DNA of 64,000 bases from Pseudomonadota bacterium (GTDB lineage: Bacteria; Bdellovibrionota_B; Oligoflexia; Oligoflexales; CAIYRB01). This document shows, piece after piece, positions 35,091 to 44,630 of this stretch; the first letter of the stretch is position 1; every line of letters begins with the position of its first letter. Under the pieces are notes generated by a model. It did no database searches and was not told where the DNA came from. It was given only the letters and a program-made list of their open reading frames with translations. The translations under genes and the position numbers were made by a program. The stretch spans positions 9,877-73,876 of the forward strand of contig JANOTL010000223.1 of NCBI GenBank assembly GCA_031416315.1. Reading direction: 5' to 3'.

Positions 35091-37199
35091 TTAAGCGGAC
35101 GACTTTTCCTCGTGCCGCGGCCGAAGCCAGTCCTCAGTCGTCGCGATCCAGACCAGGCTGACGTCGTCGTCTTGCACTGCGGCGGGAGCGCGGCGCTCCG
35201 CGTTCTCCGAGCCCCAATCCATCCGGCAAAGCATCGGCGCCGCCGTCTCCGGCCTGAGCAGCGTCAGCTCGCGCAGACGCTTCTCGATGCGGCGCGAGTT
35301 GCGCGGAAACTTGACGCCGTCGGTGAAGAGCAGCAAGTGATCACGCACGCCGAGGACGGTCTCGCCGAGGGCGACGTCTATGGAAGGCGAGATGCCCAGG
35401 ATGTTGTGACTCGACATCAGAAGCTCGAGGGCGCCCTTGCGCTCGGGCGTGTTGGCGCGCAGGACGATCGGCGGCGGATGGCCGGCGCAAAGGAAGGTGC
35501 ACTTGCCGGAGTCTCGGTCGATGGTCAGGCCGGCGAGAGTCGTGGTGTGGCCGCCGCGGCCATGCTTGTAGAGCGTGGCGTTCAAGAGCTCGACGTAGTA
35601 GCGGATGAAGGTCTCGCTCTCGAAGTCGGCAGCGCGGTCCCGCTGGAGGATGCTCAGGACCGTCTTGCAGGTCGACACGACGATCGCGGCCTGCACGCCG
35701 TGGCCGGAGATGTCGCACATGATCACGTGGAGGTAGCGCCCCGACGTCGAGGTCTCGAAGGCGTACCAGTCCCCGCTCGCGCCGTCCAAAGACTGATGGA
35801 AGGCGCCGATGTCGATCCCCTCGAGCTCAGGCGGGCGGTGCGGGCGAAACGCGCTGGCGATCTGTCCGGCTTGCTCGAGCTCCGTCGCAAGGCGCTCGTT
35901 CTCGGTCTTCAAGAGGCGCATGAATAGGACGAGCTTCTCGCGCATGCCGCTTCTTTGCGCCGAGGCGAAGCCGCCGGCCGTCAGGAAGGCGAGCGTCGGC
36001 GTCGTGAGGTCGGTCAGCACGTCGAAATAGGCGAAGAGCGCGATGCTGGTCGTAACCCAAAGGACGGGGACGAGGGTGAGCGGCGCCCATGCCGGCCAAC
36101 GCACGAAGCCGACCAGGAAAAGCCCGAGGAAGACGGCGGCGACGAGGATGCCGCGCGCGGCCGGTAAGGGCGCCACCCACTGGCGGCGCAGGATGCTGTT
36201 GGCGAGCGCCGCGACGACGAAAGGTCCCGGCATCGGGCCGAGCGGCGTGACGGTGAAGTCGGTGTTGCCCGTGTACATCGCGGGGAGGATGAGGACCCAG
36301 TCGCCGGGTTCGACCTGAGTCATGGGCGCGCCCGTGGCTGCGGCCTCGATCAGCGGCAGGAGGCGCTTGGCGCCCTTGTAGAGCGTCAAGGGATGCGGAA
36401 AGTCGACGATCATGCGCCCGCGCTCGTCGAGCGGCACGATTTGCTCGGAGTCGACGGCGAGCTGGCGCGCGTGCACCTTCAGCTCGCGCGCGCCCATCAG
36501 CGCCATGTGCGGGAGAACGACGCCCGGTGCGAGGTCGAGGAGCGCCTGCGCTTTGCCGAAGCCGGCGTTCAGGGAGTGGCCGGGCGTGCGGAAGGCTCGA
36601 GCCAAGCGCTTGTCGGGTCCGTAGGGCTTTTGCATCCGGTAGTTGGCCGCGGGGACGAAACCGTCTTTCATCATCGGCTCGACGCCAGGCGCCACGAAAT
36701 AGGTCGACAGGTGGTACGAGGCGCCGCTCGTGTCGAGCGGCTCCCTAAACTTGATCTCGCTCGGCGAGACGAAGGCAGTGGTGACGATCTTTTGGTCGAG
36801 CGCGGCGAGCTTCGCAATCGCGGCCTCTTCCTCAGGCGTCGCCTTCGGCGCGAGCGAGAAGAGCTTATCGATGAGGATGACTTGTGGCTTGCGGAGAGAG
36901 AGCCCGTCCAGGAGCCCAGCCCAGGTGGCGAGCGGCAGATCTGGCGAGCCGATTTTCGAGACGGTGGTGTCGTCGTAGGAAAAGAGCTTGAGCTTCGGGC
37001 TTAACGGCGGCGAGCGCCCCAGGGCTTCGCGCGCTTTGAAGTAGACGGTGAGCGAGAACTTCGTCTCCACCTCGTCGTGCGCATCGGTCGCGTGGTAGCC
37101 GATGAAGAGCGTCGTGATCAGCAGAAACGCCACGGCCATCGCGAGGTAAGAGACCCTCGCGTGCGGTGTTGCGATGCCGATCGATTTCATCACGCCCAT
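35091..37199 (-). CDS. CHASE2-like sensor + SpoIIE/PP2C phosphatase
   Basis: Extracytoplasmic domain, TM helices, then SGDWY, DISGHGVQAA, AGHPPP, FTDG and DDVS motifs. Confidence 0.88.
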   Translation of the reverse strand: MGVMKSIGIATPHARVSYLAMAVAFLLITTLFIGYHATDAHDEVETKFSLTVYFKAREALGRSPPLSPKLKLFSYDDTTVSKIGSPDLPLATWAGLLDGLSLRKPQVILIDKLFSLAPKATPEEEAAIAKLAALDQKIVTTAFVSPSEIKFREPLDTSGASYHLSTYFVAPGVEPMMKDGFVPAANYRMQKPYGPDKRLARAFRTPGHSLNAGFGKAQALLDLAPGVVLPHMALMGARELKVHARQLAVDSEQIVPLDERGRMIVDFPHPLTLYKGAKRLLPLIEAAATGAPMTQVEPGDWVLILPAMYTGNTDFTVTPLGPMPGPFVVAALANSILRRQWVAPLPAARGILVAAVFLGLFLVGFVRWPAWAPLTLVPVLWVTTSIALFAYFDVLTDLTTPTLAFLTAGGFASAQRSGMREKLVLFMRLLKTENERLATELEQAGQIASAFRPHRPPELEGIDIGAFHQSLDGASGDWYAFETSTSGRYLHVIMCDISGHGVQAAIVVSTCKTVLSILQRDRAADFESETFIRYYVELLNATLYKHGRGGHTTTLAGLTIDRDSGKCTFLCAGHPPPIVLRANTPERKGALELLMSSHNILGISPSIDVALGETVLGVRDHLLLFTDGVKFPRNSRRIEKRLRELTLLRPETAAPMLCRMDWGSENAERRAPAAVQDDDVSLVWIATTEDWLRPRHEEKSSA

Positions 37200-37215
37200 A
37201 TAGGACGTGATCGGC

Positions 37216-38070
37216 TCAGGCGACGATAGGCTGGAACGAGACCTTGCTCTCGTCGTCGACGAGGAAGAAATGGTTCGCCGGGATCTTCTTCCAGTCCTCG
37301 CGCAATCCGGTCAGTTTTTCCGAAACGACCAAGACGGCATGCTCTTTGGCATCGGCCGGCACCATCCGGCAAATGCCGTCCTCGCACTCGTAACGGCTGC
37401 CTTCGCTCACGTAGAGGGAGAGGGGCTCTTCCTCGGTCGTGACGAAGCGGGTGCCGATCATGTACTTGCCGTCGGTGACGACCATGTTGAGGTAGGTGCC
37501 GTCTTTGACGCCTTGCGCCTTCTTCAGGGCCTCGACCTCGGTGATCGTCTGCTGCATCGCGGAGACCATCGCCTGGATGCCGTAGAGACCGTTGTGCTTC
37601 AGCATCTTGTCGATGAAGAGCGCGAAGAAGTGCTCGGAGTCGGTGCCGCCGCGAAGCCACGCGTAGACCTCGTCGGAGAGGCCGCGGCGCATCTCGCGCT
37701 TGATCTGGTCGAAGCCCTCGATCGAGCCGTTGTGCATCATCAGAAAGCGGTCGTAGAAGAACGGGTGGCAGTTGGCCTCGGACGTCTCGCCGAAGCTGGC
37801 CGCGCGCACGTGCGCGAAGATCACCGGCGCCTCGATCTTCGGCGCCATGGTGCGGAGGTTCCGGTTCGACCAAGCCGGGTGGACCGAGACGAAGACCGCC
37901 GGCGTGGTCGAGAGCTGCGGCTGGTACCAGCCGATGCCGAAGCCGTCGCCGTTCAGGGGCTCCTCCAGCTCCTTGGCGTCGTAGCTCTGGTGGATCAGCG
38001 AATTCTTGGGCTGATAAAGGAGCTTGTCCAGGATGATCGGCGCGCCCTTGTAGGCTAAGAGCCGGCACAT
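37216..38070 (-). CDS. Class II glutamine amidotransferase (EgtC/Dug3/YafJ-like Ntn hydrolase)
   Basis: N-terminal MCRL; NGDGFGIGWY, AHVRAAS, NCHPF, MHNG and TDSEH motifs. Confidence 0.9.
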   Translation of the reverse strand: MCRLLAYKGAPIILDKLLYQPKNSLIHQSYDAKELEEPLNGDGFGIGWYQPQLSTTPAVFVSVHPAWSNRNLRTMAPKIEAPVIFAHVRAASFGETSEANCHPFFYDRFLMMHNGSIEGFDQIKREMRRGLSDEVYAWLRGGTDSEHFFALFIDKMLKHNGLYGIQAMVSAMQQTITEVEALKKAQGVKDGTYLNMVVTDGKYMIGTRFVTTEEEPLSLYVSEGSRYECEDGICRMVPADAKEHAVLVVSEKLTGLREDWKKIPANHFFLVDDESKVSFQPIVA

Positions 38071-38126
38071 GGTGTTGTCTCCTTACGACATATACGCCGA
38101 TTCTATCATGGAATAGAATCGCTTCC

Positions 38127-38828
38127 ATGCCGAGCCGCGACAAATACTCCATCCACCGGCAGCCCGACGACGTGACTTGCGGGCCGACGTGCCTGCACTC
38201 GCTCTACGCGTATTACGCCGACGGGATCACGCTGGACGAGGTCATCGGGCAGGTGCCGATGCTGGAGGGTGGCGGCACGCTCGCCTGCGTCTTGGGGAGC
38301 CACGCCCTCCGACGCGGCTACAAGGTGTGGATCTATACGTTCAATCTCACCGTCTTCGACCCGACCTGGTTCTCGCTCCCGCGCGAGGCGCTGGCCGAGA
38401 AGCTCCGCCTCCAGATGAAAGAGAAGAAAAAGCCGAGGCTCCACGTCGCCTCGCAAGCCTACATCGACTTTCTGAACCTGGGCGGAGAGATCAAGTGCCA
38501 CGACCTCTCGGAGGGCCTCCTCAGCGAGTATCTCCTGCAAGGCATTCCGATCCTCACCGGCCTGAGCGCCACTTATCTTTACAAGTCGATGCGCGAGTAC
38601 GGCGACTATCCTATCTCCGACGACCTCAAGGGCGAGCCGCAAGGCCATTTCGTCGTCATCACCAGCTACGATCCCGAAGAGCACGCCGTCACCATCGCCG
38701 ATCCCTATCATCCCGAGTCGATGGTCAAAGGCCGCACGTACAAGGTGTCGATGGAGCATCTCGTCTGCTCCATCCTCCTCGGCGTCATGACCTACGACGG
38801 CAACCTGCTCATCGTGACCAAATCGTGA
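38127..38828 (+). CDS. Peptidase C39-like (papain-fold) protein
   Basis: QPDDVTCGPTCL (catalytic Q/C), GHFVV (H) and IADP (D). Confidence 0.85.
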   Translation: MPSRDKYSIHRQPDDVTCGPTCLHSLYAYYADGITLDEVIGQVPMLEGGGTLACVLGSHALRRGYKVWIYTFNLTVFDPTWFSLPREALAEKLRLQMKEKKKPRLHVASQAYIDFLNLGGEIKCHDLSEGLLSEYLLQGIPILTGLSATYLYKSMREYGDYPISDDLKGEPQGHFVVITSYDPEEHAVTIADPYHPESMVKGRTYKVSMEHLVCSILLGVMTYDGNLLIVTKS

Positions 38829-38850
38829 GCCCAAAGACAAAGGCATCCTG

Positions 38851-40319
<1,469 letters not shown>

Positions 40320-40323
<4 letters not shown>

Positions 40324-41582
40324 GTCGTACCGAGCACCTTCATCTCTGGGCAGGGTACGGCATCGAGATGGAGTACATGATCGTCGACCGAAAGACCCTG
40401 GCGGTGCGCCCGATCTCCGACGAGCTTTTGACCGCGGCCGCCGGCAAGCTCGAGAACGAGGTCGAGTTCGGCGACATGGCCTGGTCCAACGAGCTCGTGA
40501 TGCACGTCATCGAGGTGAAGACCAACGGCCCCTCCGACGAGGTGACGCGCTACGGCGAGAAGTTCATGGTCGAGGTGCGAAGGATCAACGCCTTGCTCGA
40601 GAAAAAGGGCGCGATGCTGATGCCGACGGCGATGCACCCTTTCTTCGAGCCGGACGAGGAAACGAAGCTCTGGCCGCACGACAGCCGAGACATCTACGAC
40701 CGCTACAACGAGATCTTCGATTGCCGCGGGCACGGCTGGTCGAACCTGCAGTCGGTGCATATCAACTTCCCGTTCTTCGATCACGGCGCGGGGGGCGAGT
40801 TCGGGAGGCTGCACGCCGCGATCCGCATGGTTTTGCCGCTCCTGCCGGCCTTGGCCGCCTCGTCCCCGATCTACGGCGGACGCGCCAACGGCCTGAAGGA
40901 CAACCGGCTCGAGTTTTACCGTATGAACCAGCAGCGCCTGCCGGCGTTGACGGGCGGCGTCATCCCAGAGCGGGCGTTCACACGCGAAGAGTATGCGGCA
41001 GAAGTCTTCAAGAAGGTGATGGCCGAGGTCCTTCCTTACAACGAGGACGGTTTACTGGAGGAGGAGTGGCTCAACTCGCGCGGCGCGATCGCGCGCTTCG
41101 ACCGCAACGCGATCGAGATCCGCGTGCTCGACATCCAAGAGACGCCGAAAGCCGATCAAGCCGTGATCACCGCCGTGATCGGCTTCGTCCAGGCTTTGGC
41201 GGCCGGTGAGTTTCTGGCGCCCGATAGGCAGCGCGAGTGGGAGCAAGAGCCGTTGCGCCGCATTTTCGAGGCCTGTGTGAAGGGCGGAAGCGAGACGGAG
41301 ATCGAGGATCGCGCCTATCTGGATGCCCTGCATTATCCAGGAAAGTCTCCGGCACGGGCGCGAGACGTCTGGAAGCACGTGATCGAGCGCAGCGCGCGGC
41401 GGGACGTGGTGGCGCCGTGGTTCAAGGCGGTGGAGGCGGAGCTCGGCGTCTATCTCAGCCAGGGAACACTCGCGGAGCGCATCGTTTCCGCGGCCGGCTC
41501 GACGACGAAGCGGGAAGACGTCGTGGACATCTACCGCGAGCTTTGTCTCTGCCTCGCCGAAGGCCGGATGTTTCGGGCGTGA
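40320..41582 (+). CDS. Glutamate-cysteine ligase family 2 (GCS2) carboxylate-amine ligase
   Basis: GIEMEY, SNELVMHVIE, PTAMHP, SVHIN and IEIRVLD motifs; ATGA overlap with the upstream gene. Confidence 0.88.
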
Positions 41583-42298
41583 AGCCGGGAGCGCTCGTCG
41601 TAAGTTGTGAGCATGGCGGAAACCAAGTGCCGCGCGAGTATGCGCGGTTTTTTCGGGGCGCGGCGGCGCGGCAGGCTTTGGCGAGTCATCGGGGCTGGGA
41701 TCCGGGGGCGCTGGCGGCGGCGCGGGCTTTGGCGCGGGCGTTGGGGCGGGAGATCGAGGTGAGCGCGTTGGTGACGGCGGAGGTCACGCGCTTGCTCTGC
41801 GACTTGAATCGCTCCGAGGGGCGCAGGGAGGCGTTCTCCGAGTTCTCACGGGTGATCGTGGGGGCTGAGCGCGAGGAGTTGCTGGCGCGCTTTCATCGGC
41901 CGTATCGAGACGAGCTGCGGGCGGCCCTGCGCGCGGCGATCGCGAAGAAGGGGAGGGTGCTTCACCTTTCGTCCCATTCTTTCACGCCGAAGCTCGACGG
42001 CGTGGCGCGCGAGGCGGAGATCGGGGTTTTGTACGATCCGCGGCGGAAGTGGGAAGCCGAGGTCGCGGCCGAGCTCGCGGCAGGCATTCGAGCGGCGGTC
42101 CGCGCGCGGGGCTTGGCGTGGCGGGTGCGGCGGAATTATCCGTACAAAGGGTGGACGGATGGCTTGACGACGCAGATGCGCAAGGAGTTCGCGGGGGGGA
42201 GGTACGCCGGGGTGGAGGTGGAAGTGAGGCAAGGAATGGAAGTTGGCGAGGTCGTCGGGGTCGTGGGGGATGGGATTCGGAGGGTTTTTGGGGGTTAG
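41579..42298 (+). CDS. N-formylglutamate amidohydrolase family protein
   Basis: SCEHGGNQVP, HRGWDPGA, DLNRS, HSFTP, NYPY.G..DG and EVEV motifs; GTGA overlap with the upstream gene. Confidence 0.88.
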   Translation: MKPGALVVSCEHGGNQVPREYARFFRGAAARQALASHRGWDPGALAAARALARALGREIEVSALVTAEVTRLLCDLNRSEGRREAFSEFSRVIVGAEREELLARFHRPYRDELRAALRAAIAKKGRVLHLSSHSFTPKLDGVAREAEIGVLYDPRRKWEAEVAAELAAGIRAAVRARGLAWRVRRNYPYKGWTDGLTTQMRKEFAGGRYAGVEVEVRQGMEVGEVVGVVGDGIRRVFGG

Positions 42299-42789
42299 AA
42301 CCGCCAGCCTAAGCTCATCCGCAACGCGATCGGCAAAAACCCGTACCCGAGCCAGGTTGCGCTCAACCAGTCGACGCCAAGCGTAAAGCCGCTTCGCCAG
42401 GCCCACTCGTTTCCGAGGCCGAAAGTCGCCCCGAAGTTGAGCGTCTCTCCGATGTTGCCGCCGCCAGCGTGCACGTTGAAACTGTTGCCGAAGAACTGGC
42501 GGACGCGCGCGAATTTGTATTGATAGCCGAAGATGACCAACAACTCGAAGCCAGCCGCCAGCTCGACCCGCGTGTCGGGCAGTAAGGCGTAACCGACGCC
42601 GACGCCGGCACCGAGCGGGACGACGTGCAGGAACGCGCTGACGTCGTTTCCGTCGCGGCGGATGGCGGCGCTCGTATCCGCGCTCTCGGCCTTCTTGGCG
42701 GCCGTCTTCCGGGGTTTTTCTTTTGCCGTCGCCGTGCCGGCGGCGCCCGTTAACGCTAGAAGAATGAGCAGCCGAAACATCAGGAGCAT
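42295..42789 (-). CDS. Secreted/outer-membrane hypothetical protein
   Basis: Signal peptide; amphipathic beta-strands; ends in LGWRF. Confidence 0.6.
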   Translation of the reverse strand: MLLMFRLLILLALTGAAGTATAKEKPRKTAAKKAESADTSAAIRRDGNDVSAFLHVVPLGAGVGVGYALLPDTRVELAAGFELLVIFGYQYKFARVRQFFGNSFNVHAGGGNIGETLNFGATFGLGNEWAWRSGFTLGVDWLSATWLGYGFLPIALRMSLGWRF

Positions 42790-42831
42790 GGAACCGTCCG
42801 TGGAGATTTGGCGTGCGGGCCTTCGCAATCC

Positions 42832-43395
42832 TTAGCGGTTCACGCTCCGCCGCCCGATCCTCGCCTCGATCGCATCATCCAGCCGCGCCCGCAACATCCG
42901 ATACTCCGCTTCCAAATTCTGAAAGTTCGGCGCCACGATTGAAGCGAACGACGGCCCCTGATAATCGGCATGCAAATACTTGAAGCCCGTCTTCGACGTC
43001 CCCGTATTCGCGAACACCATCCACTTCACGCCCTTGTGCCGGAAAATGTCCGGAGTGCACGAGTCCTCGCCCGGGCGCATCACGCGCAGGAGCACCGTCG
43101 GCTCCATCTGCCCCTTGAGCCGCGACAAGACTTTCAGCCCCGCGCAGTACCCCAAGCTGCAAGGCTTGGTCGGCACCACCACCTCGCCGAAAAACACGAC
43201 GTCGTGATCTTTAAGGCTTTCAAGCGGTGAGCGCGGGAGCGCGGGATAAGGCTCTTGCAGCGTCTCGGGCTCGTCGGGCGCCTGCTTGCACGCGAAGGAC
43301 AAGGCGCCGTCCGATCCGAGCGGGATGGCGCAGACGACGACGAGGCCCAGGAGCCAGACCGGTCGGGGGATGCGGTGATAGAGGTGACGAAGCAT
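42832..43395 (-). CDS. Exported hypothetical protein, TIMP/NTR-like pattern
   Basis: Signal/TM segment then AC...DVVFFGEVV...KVL..LKG...SC....F..G.KWMVFA. Confidence 0.5.
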   Translation of the reverse strand: MLRHLYHRIPRPVWLLGLVVVCAIPLGSDGALSFACKQAPDEPETLQEPYPALPRSPLESLKDHDVVFFGEVVVPTKPCSLGYCAGLKVLSRLKGQMEPTVLLRVMRPGEDSCTPDIFRHKGVKWMVFANTGTSKTGFKYLHADYQGPSFASIVAPNFQNLEAEYRMLRARLDDAIEARIGRRSVNR

Positions 43396-43445
43396 GCTCT
43401 GATTTTAGCATCGCCTCGCCCGGTCGCGCCTCCGGCAGAACTTGC

Positions 43446-44174
43446 CTACCAGGGCAGCTCTTTGCCCTGGAAATCGAGAAAACGGCCGGAATCCGCGCGC
43501 GTAAGCCCTAGGATCACGTTCGCCAGGCCGAGGACCGAGTCGTCGACCGAGGTCGGCGCGCTCTTGCCGCCCATCTCGGTCTGCACCCAGCCAGGATGCA
43601 GGACGACGCAGGTGAGCTTTTTGCGGTCGAGAGAGAGCGTCTTGTTGAACATGTTAACGGCGGCCTTCGAGATGCGGTAGGCGTAGCTCCCGCCCGTGGT
43701 GTTGTCCTCGATCGAGCCCATCTTGCTCGAAAGCGTCGCGACCACCGGCTCAGGCGCGAGCTCGAGGTTGTCGAGAAAGGCCTGCGTCACGCGGATCGGG
43801 CCTAGCGCGTTGACGGTGAAGGCCTTCAAGATGCCGCCTTCGGTGAGGTCGCCCAAGGTCTCTTCGCGCTCCGGAAAAACTCCGGCGTTATTCACGAGAA
43901 GGTCGACCTTCTCGCCGGAAAGCGCCAGACGCGCGTCGCGGAGGTCGTCTTCGCGCGTCACGTCGAGGTTCAGGATGCGGACCCTGCCGGGATAGCCGTG
44001 CTCGTGCTCCCACAGGTCGCGGCAACCTTCGGCGTTCCGCGCCGTGGCGATGACGTTGTAGCGCTTGCGGATGAGCTCTTGCACGAGTGCCAGGCCGATG
44101 CCGCGGCTCGCGCCGGTGATCAGCGCCGTCGGATAGTCGGGGAACTGCGGGAACGAGGTCTTTTGCGGGCTCAT
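43446..44174 (-). CDS. Short-chain dehydrogenase, CsgA/C-factor-like subgroup
   Basis: TGASRGIG, NNAG, SSKMGS, YRISK and HPGWVQTEMGG motifs. Confidence 0.9.
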   Translation of the reverse strand: MSPQKTSFPQFPDYPTALITGASRGIGLALVQELIRKRYNVIATARNAEGCRDLWEHEHGYPGRVRILNLDVTREDDLRDARLALSGEKVDLLVNNAGVFPEREETLGDLTEGGILKAFTVNALGPIRVTQAFLDNLELAPEPVVATLSSKMGSIEDNTTGGSYAYRISKAAVNMFNKTLSLDRKKLTCVVLHPGWVQTEMGGKSAPTSVDDSVLGLANVILGLTRADSGRFLDFQGKELPW

Positions 44175-44401
44175 GCTGCTCACTCCGTGAGTTGCGTGGC
44201 GAAGGTGGCGGCGTCCTTCGCCGGCAGCTTGCAGGTGGCTCATGCTGTGGTTCTAGAACGGGCGCGCGGCGGAGGGAAGAGGCGTCGGAGCTGTTCAGAG
44301 ATTAGACTACTGCGCGGCTTTTTCGGGCCGCCCGGGCGCCGCCGACCGCATTTTGCATCGTTTTGAACCGCTTCATCGAGACACGTCGCGTACATACGAC
44401 C

Positions 44402-44417
44402 TGGCACGCGAGCTGCA
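44402..44417 (+). promoter_or_regulatory. sigma54 (-24/-12) promoter
   Basis: TGGCACG-CGAG-CTGCA with GG-N10-GC spacing; no plus-strand CDS downstream. Confidence 0.65.
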
Positions 44418-44427
44418 CAAGGGCAAG

Positions 44428-44605
44428 CGTCCCGACGATCAAGCATCGGACGGACAAGGCTACATCAGATCTGTCGGTTGGACCCGTTGCCTGCTGTGCT
44501 CCCTGCTGATTCCCGCTCCCACTCCCCCGTCCCACTCCCGACAAAGCCCCTACCGGCCGACAGGTCAAAAACGAAGAAGAGAAGGCCCCAAGCGGGCCTT
44601 CTCGA
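44428..44605 (+). ncRNA. Candidate sigma54-dependent small RNA, copy B
   Basis: 5' hairpin; stem GATCTGTCGGTTGG (44468-44481) with CCGGCCGACAGGTC (44553-44566) around a C-rich loop; terminal hairpin. Confidence 0.55.
44579..44603. terminator. Perfect 10-bp hairpin
   Basis: GAGAAGGCCC-CAAGC-GGGCCTTCTC. Confidence 0.7.
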
Positions 44606-44630
44606 CGTTCGTGAGGTTCTGCCAGAGGGT

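Noticed and set aside
43446..44174. Myxobacterial C-signal csgA orthology
   Set aside because: CsgA-like SDRs are widespread and there is no developmental gene context.
44500..44545. CsrB/RsmZ-type GGA-repeat RNA on the minus strand
   Set aside because: GGA motifs are present on the minus strand, but the sigma54 promoter, G-U-compatible stems and terminal hairpin all favour a plus-strand transcript.
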